Part shown: piece by piece, positions 60,445 to 64,000 of the stretch
How positions within the stretch are numbered: the first letter of the stretch is position 1
How the letters are laid out: the number at the start of each line of letters is the position of its first letter
From: Candidatus Obscuribacterales bacterium
GTDB lineage: Bacteria; Cyanobacteriota; Vampirovibrionia; Obscuribacterales; Obscuribacteraceae
DNA: 64,000 bases
Direction of reading: 5' to 3'
NCBI GenBank assembly: GCA_965228855.1
Contig: CBDDIJ010000004.1
Coordinates: 1 to 64,000, forward strand
Program-made: the position numbers and the translations under genes
The notes under the pieces: model-generated
Seen by the model: only the letters and a program-made list of their open reading frames with translations
Told to the model about the DNA's origin: nothing
The model's database searches: none

Positions 60445-62426
60445 AGCATGCCGTCGCCAGGATCGAGATCGGCCTGCCGTGCGATCCTCTGCATCGAGCG
60501 ATTGAGGTTCTGAGCGAGGACAGCCGCCTCGTCATCGGCGTCACGATCGACATCGAATTCGTCGTCAGGGGTTGGCGTCGACTCGGGCACGATCTTGCTG
60601 CTGAGTTCGGGCTGCCGGCGTTTCTCGGATTCGGTCGGATCCTCGTCATCGACCGGCGTCACGGAGGGGAGATGGCGGGCCGCGAGGTCCGGGTGCTGGG
60701 GCATTCGAAGTCCGCTCCAGTCGTCCTCGGTCGCGGCATGTCGATGCTGGATCGCAGGTGGTGGCAGGATGCGTTCCTTGAAGCGGCCGTCTTCGTAGTA
60801 GCGTGCTTTGCGTGCGCGGATGGGGTGGATTCCGGCGACCATGACGATCTCGTCGCTTGGCGGAAGCTGCATGACCTCACCGGGGGTCAGCAGCGGACGC
60901 GCCGTCTCTTGGCGGGACACCATCAGGTGGCCGAGCCAGGGCGAGAGGCGATGGCCGGCATAGTTTTTCATCGCCCGCATTTCGGTCGCGGTGCCGAGTG
61001 CGTCCGATACGCGCTTGGCTGTCCGCTCGTCGTTGGTCGCGAAGGAGACGCGGACGTGGCAGTTGTCGAGGATGGAATTGTTCGGCCCGTAGGCCCGCTC
61101 GATCTGGTTGAGCGACTGGGCAATGAGGAACGACTTGAGGCCGTAACCGGCCATGAAGGCCAGCGCCGACTCGAAGAAGTCGAGGCGGCCAAGCGCGGGA
61201 AACTCATCGAGCATCAGCAACAGGCGGTGACGGCTCGACCTGGCATTGAGGTCTTCGGTGAGGCGCCGGCCGATCTGATTGAGCAGGAGACGCACCAGCG
61301 GCTTGGTCCGGTTGATGTCCGATGGCGGCACGACGAGGTAGAGCGTCGTAGGGCGATCGGCCGCAACGATTTCGGCGATGCGCCAGTCACAGCGCGACGT
61401 CACCGCCGCCACGACCGGATCACGGTAGAGTCCGAGGAAGCTCATCGCCGTGCTCAGCACGCCTGAGCGTTCGTTGTCGGACTTGTTGAGCAGTTCGCGC
61501 GCGGCCGACGCCACCACGGGGTGTGGACCCGCATCACCCAGGTGGCGGGTTTTCATCATCGCGGCGAGCGTGGCCTCGATCGAGCGGGCCGGATCGGACA
61601 GGAAGTTGGCAACGCCCGCTAGCGTCTTGTCCTTCTCGGCATAGAGCACGTGGAGGATGGCACCGACCAGGAGGGCATGCGAGGTCTTCTCCCAATGATT
61701 GCGGCGCTCGAGCGAGCCCTCGGGGTCGACCAGGATGTCGGCGATGTTCTGGACATCGCGAACTTCCCACTCTCCACGTCGCACCTCGAGCAGCGGATTG
61801 TACGCGGAGGACGCTGCGTTCGTCGGATCGAACAGCAGCACGCGGCCGTGTCTTGCTCGAAAGCCGGCCGTGAGGCTCCAGTTCTCGCCCTTGATGTCAT
61901 GGACGATGGCCGAGCCCGGCCAGGTTAGCAGCGAGGGAATGACGAGGCCCACGCCCTTGCCCGATCGCGTCGGTGCAAAGCACAGCACGTGCTCAGGGCC
62001 ATCGTGGCGCAGGTAGTCGTGTTCGTAGCGGCCGAGCACGACGCCGTCAGTCCCAAGAAGGCCCGCCTCCTTGATCTCAGGGGGTGTGGCCCAGCGTGCC
62101 GAGCCGTAGGTTTCGATATTGTCCGCCTCGCGTGCGCGCAGAACCGACATGAAGATCGCTGCCGCAATGGACGCGAAGCCACCGGAGGCAGCGATGATGC
62201 CACCCTCTTGGAAGATCGACCGCGCGTAAGCGTCGTAGGAGAACCACCACCAGAAGAAGGCGGGTGGGTAGTAGACCGGCCAACCCGCGAGATGAAACCA
62301 AGGTGCGCCTAGTTGTGGCTGAAAGCCGAGGCGCCAAGCCGTCCATTGAGTGGCGCACCAGACCGCCGTTAGCACAATCAGCCCGACAACAACGATCTGA
62401 CCCCAGAGGATTTTCGTTCCCGACAC
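60441..62426 (-). CDS. traG: Type IV coupling protein TraG (VirD4 family)
   Basis: YGSARWA, HVLCFAPTRSGKGVGLVIP, DIKGEN, LMLDEFPALG, IAQSLNQ; GTG start with an AAGGAG RBS upstream. Confidence 0.97.
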   Translation of the reverse strand: MSGTKILWGQIVVVGLIVLTAVWCATQWTAWRLGFQPQLGAPWFHLAGWPVYYPPAFFWWWFSYDAYARSIFQEGGIIAASGGFASIAAAIFMSVLRAREADNIETYGSARWATPPEIKEAGLLGTDGVVLGRYEHDYLRHDGPEHVLCFAPTRSGKGVGLVIPSLLTWPGSAIVHDIKGENWSLTAGFRARHGRVLLFDPTNAASSAYNPLLEVRRGEWEVRDVQNIADILVDPEGSLERRNHWEKTSHALLVGAILHVLYAEKDKTLAGVANFLSDPARSIEATLAAMMKTRHLGDAGPHPVVASAARELLNKSDNERSGVLSTAMSFLGLYRDPVVAAVTSRCDWRIAEIVAADRPTTLYLVVPPSDINRTKPLVRLLLNQIGRRLTEDLNARSSRHRLLLMLDEFPALGRLDFFESALAFMAGYGLKSFLIAQSLNQIERAYGPNNSILDNCHVRVSFATNDERTAKRVSDALGTATEMRAMKNYAGHRLSPWLGHLMVSRQETARPLLTPGEVMQLPPSDEIVMVAGIHPIRARKARYYEDGRFKERILPPPAIQHRHAATEDDWSGLRMPQHPDLAARHLPSVTPVDDEDPTESEKRRQPELSSKIVPESTPTPDDEFDVDRDADDEAAVLAQNLNRSMQRIARQADLDPGDGML

Positions 62427-62489
62427 GACTCTGCTCCTTTCGAACAGAGGTCGGTCAGTCTACATCAGGGCTCAAGGTCAATTCGCCCT

Positions 62490-63470
62490 GTGTCGCACTG
62501 CAGCGAGCGGTATCGAGAAAGTACAGGCGCGATGCGATATCCACGCGCGGTGACGGCGGACACGATGGATGAAATGGATTGGGCGCTTTGGTCCTTGCGA
62601 TACCTGAAGGAAGCTCGAGCAGCCATACACGACGAGTTCAATGACGTAATGGGCGAAATTCCTGGCTACCACGGTGCACGTGGGGAAAGCTGGTACTCGA
62701 CCTGCAAGAACATCATTCAGACGTTGTATCACTACTCATTGGAGTTCGTCGGTGGTCTGCAGATACCGAGTGCTGAGTTCCCCTCACCCGGGGCGGTTGA
62801 GGAGAAGCTGGCGGAGTACCGCGCTTTCGTCCATGCGATGCTGGTCGATCTAAACAGAGAGGAAGATGCTTACCGCGCCAAGCACAAGGTGGATGGACCT
62901 CCGTTCTTGGTGAGCGCGGCACGCAAGCAGGTAAGCTACCTGCTGAGCGCGATTGACTACGTCACTTCAAAAAGGCCGAAGCCGATTGCCGCTGCACCCG
63001 AGATAGATGACGTTGACATTATCGTGGAACTTGGACGGCGATTCCACGAGTCGGTGCTCAGTTTGCGGAAACACCCGCACGGTGGTTCGACGATCGAAGT
63101 TGGCGACGAATGGGACTGCCAATATCTCTTCAGAGCGATCCTTGCCGGCTACTTCGCCGATATTCGGGACGAGGAATGGAACCCATCCGTGGCCGGCACA
63201 TCGGCGCGGTGTGAGTTCTTCTTGAAGACGCTGCGCCTAATGGTCGAACTCAAATATGTGCGCAAGTCCGGTGACACTGCAAAGGTCAAAGCCGAGTTAG
63301 CTACCGACCTCCTCGACTACGGGGCCAATCCACTCGTCGATCACGTGGTGTGTCTCGTCTATGATCCAAGCCATGCGCTTAAGAATCCGGTAGCACTCCA
63401 GACCGATCTGTCGGGACCGACGAAGGGCCTGAAGTCGGTGAGGGTCGTTGTGTCTCCACCGCGCGATTGA
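62490..63470 (+). CDS. Cargo protein with C-terminal DpnII/MboI-like PD-(D/E)xK nuclease domain and unrecognised N-terminal domain (true start may be 62532 or 62565)
   Basis: DEWDCQYLFRAILAGYFADIRDEEWNPSVAGTSARCEFFL...VELKYVR...ELATDLLDY...LVYDP resembles the REase_DpnII-MboI pattern. Opposite strand to its neighbours and visibly less GC-rich. Confidence 0.75.
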   Translation: MSHCSERYRESTGAMRYPRAVTADTMDEMDWALWSLRYLKEARAAIHDEFNDVMGEIPGYHGARGESWYSTCKNIIQTLYHYSLEFVGGLQIPSAEFPSPGAVEEKLAEYRAFVHAMLVDLNREEDAYRAKHKVDGPPFLVSAARKQVSYLLSAIDYVTSKRPKPIAAAPEIDDVDIIVELGRRFHESVLSLRKHPHGGSTIEVGDEWDCQYLFRAILAGYFADIRDEEWNPSVAGTSARCEFFLKTLRLMVELKYVRKSGDTAKVKAELATDLLDYGANPLVDHVVCLVYDPSHALKNPVALQTDLSGPTKGLKSVRVVVSPPRD

Positions 63471-63515
63471 TGAAGTCGTCGGAGAGACTGAAAGTGGCCC
63501 ACGGCTCGTCCAACC

Positions 63516-64000
63516 TCATAGACCCAGTCCCCGCTTCCGGCTGAAACTCCAATCGACACCGCCGTCGCCGCGGGCGACGCCTGAGATATGCTGGCCCAGC
63601 CTCTTGTCGAGCGAAGGCGTCCACGGGACGAGCTGGAAGCCGAGCCCATCGTCGATCATGGCGAAGCGGCCCGATGCCAGCGTGAAGCGCTGACGGTACG
63701 TGCCGGCGACATAGCCGCCTGTGGGTGCCTTGTTGAAAGGCCGGCCAAGTTCAGTGGCGAGTTTGTCGCCGAGGGCCTCCACCTCACGTTGACGCAGCGT
63801 ATCAAGGAGACGGCGCGTGAAGACCACGCGGCTGCCGTGGCGCTGGGCGAGACCCTCCTCGACCAGATGCTCGGCGCGGCGGTCGAGCGCTTCCCGCACC
63901 TCCCGGCCGAAGCCGCCTTCACCGAGCGCGATCGGATCGTGGCTCACGGCCTGCCGGTCGAGCCAGGTGGCGCCGGCCGCCGAAACCTGGCCGTCAATCG
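63516..64000 (-). CDS. VirD2-like relaxase with DUF3363 C-terminus (RlxS-like), 3' part
   Basis: GATWLDR..., GFGREVREAL..R..HL, YRQRFTLASGRFAMIDDGLGFQLVPW...DWSFSRKRGLGL*. Confidence 0.9.
   Translation of the reverse strand, partial: IDGQVSAAGATWLDRQAVSHDPIALGEGGFGREVREALDRRAEHLVEEGLAQRHGSRVVFTRRLLDTLRQREVEALGDKLATELGRPFNKAPTGGYVAGTYRQRFTLASGRFAMIDDGLGFQLVPWTPSLDKRLGQHISGVARGDGGVDWSFSRKRGLGL

Larger units (their letters stand above)
55028..64000 (-). mobile_element. Tn4371-family-like integrative conjugative element, transfer module (partial), probably alphaproteobacterial
   Basis: Gene order relaxase-[cargo]-traG-RHH-trbB-trbC-trbD-trbE-trbJ with ATGA/TGATG overlaps; high GC; standard genetic code. 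Confidence 0.9.

Noticed and set aside
55013..63947. Dozens of overlapping alternative-frame and antisense ORFs in the GC-rich region, including the 491-aa 55013-56488 and 386-aa 60306-61466 calls
   Set aside because: Shadow ORFs caused by high GC; the trb/tra frames already cover the region with recognisable motifs and coupled start/stop overlaps.
55028..64000. Established horizontal transfer of an ICE into the Euplotes genome
   Set aside because: No amelioration, no TGA-Cys use, no att site, and the join cuts trbJ at a telomere seed. It cannot be asserted without read evidence, so it is kept only as an alternative in the findings.
1..64000. CRISPR arrays, tRNA/rRNA genes, telomerase RNA, full-length Tec elements
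   Set aside because: No regularly spaced repeats, cloverleaf or rRNA motifs, CAAAACCCCAAAA template or Tec transposase ORF were seen by eye; covariance-model searches were not run.

Overview
The window has two unrelated parts. Bases 1-~55,023 are very AT-rich ciliate DNA with the diagnostic features of Euplotes. TGA is read as Cys, shown at conserved Cys positions of CHY, TMEM135-like, alpha/beta-hydrolase and U2AF2 proteins. Many genes need +1 ribosomal frameshifts at AAA-TAA/AAA-TAG, introns are short, and inward-facing ATTGAA chromosome-breakage signals (E-Cbs) lie beside genes. Genes sit in tandem with long spacers and at least two TA-bounded IESs interrupt coding sequence, so this is most likely micronuclear (germline) DNA. 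It holds about 20 genes, including a CHY zinc finger, TMEM135-like, alpha/beta hydrolase, HIT-type zinc finger, cyclin Y-like, GlnRS, SSNA1/DIP13, GH38 mannosidase-like, U2AF2 and SPFH proteins. It also holds a 1-kb TG..CA TIR element with a 5-bp TSD and four long foldback hairpins, one carrying a telomere seed placed exactly as at a macronuclear chromosome end. Bases ~55,028-64,000 are GC-rich proteobacterial DNA: a Tn4371-type ICE transfer module (truncated trbJ, trbE, trbD, trbC, trbB, RHH/CopG, traG, relaxase) with an orphan DpnII/MboI-like nuclease cargo gene. The ciliate-bacterial junction falls exactly at a TTCAA-N17-GGGG telomere-addition site. That points to a chimeric join at a macronuclear chromosome end or, less likely, real capture of bacterial DNA at a programmed break. 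The supplied ORF track uses the standard code and fragments most ciliate genes. All gene models here were spliced and translated by eye, and family calls come from motif recognition, not database searches.
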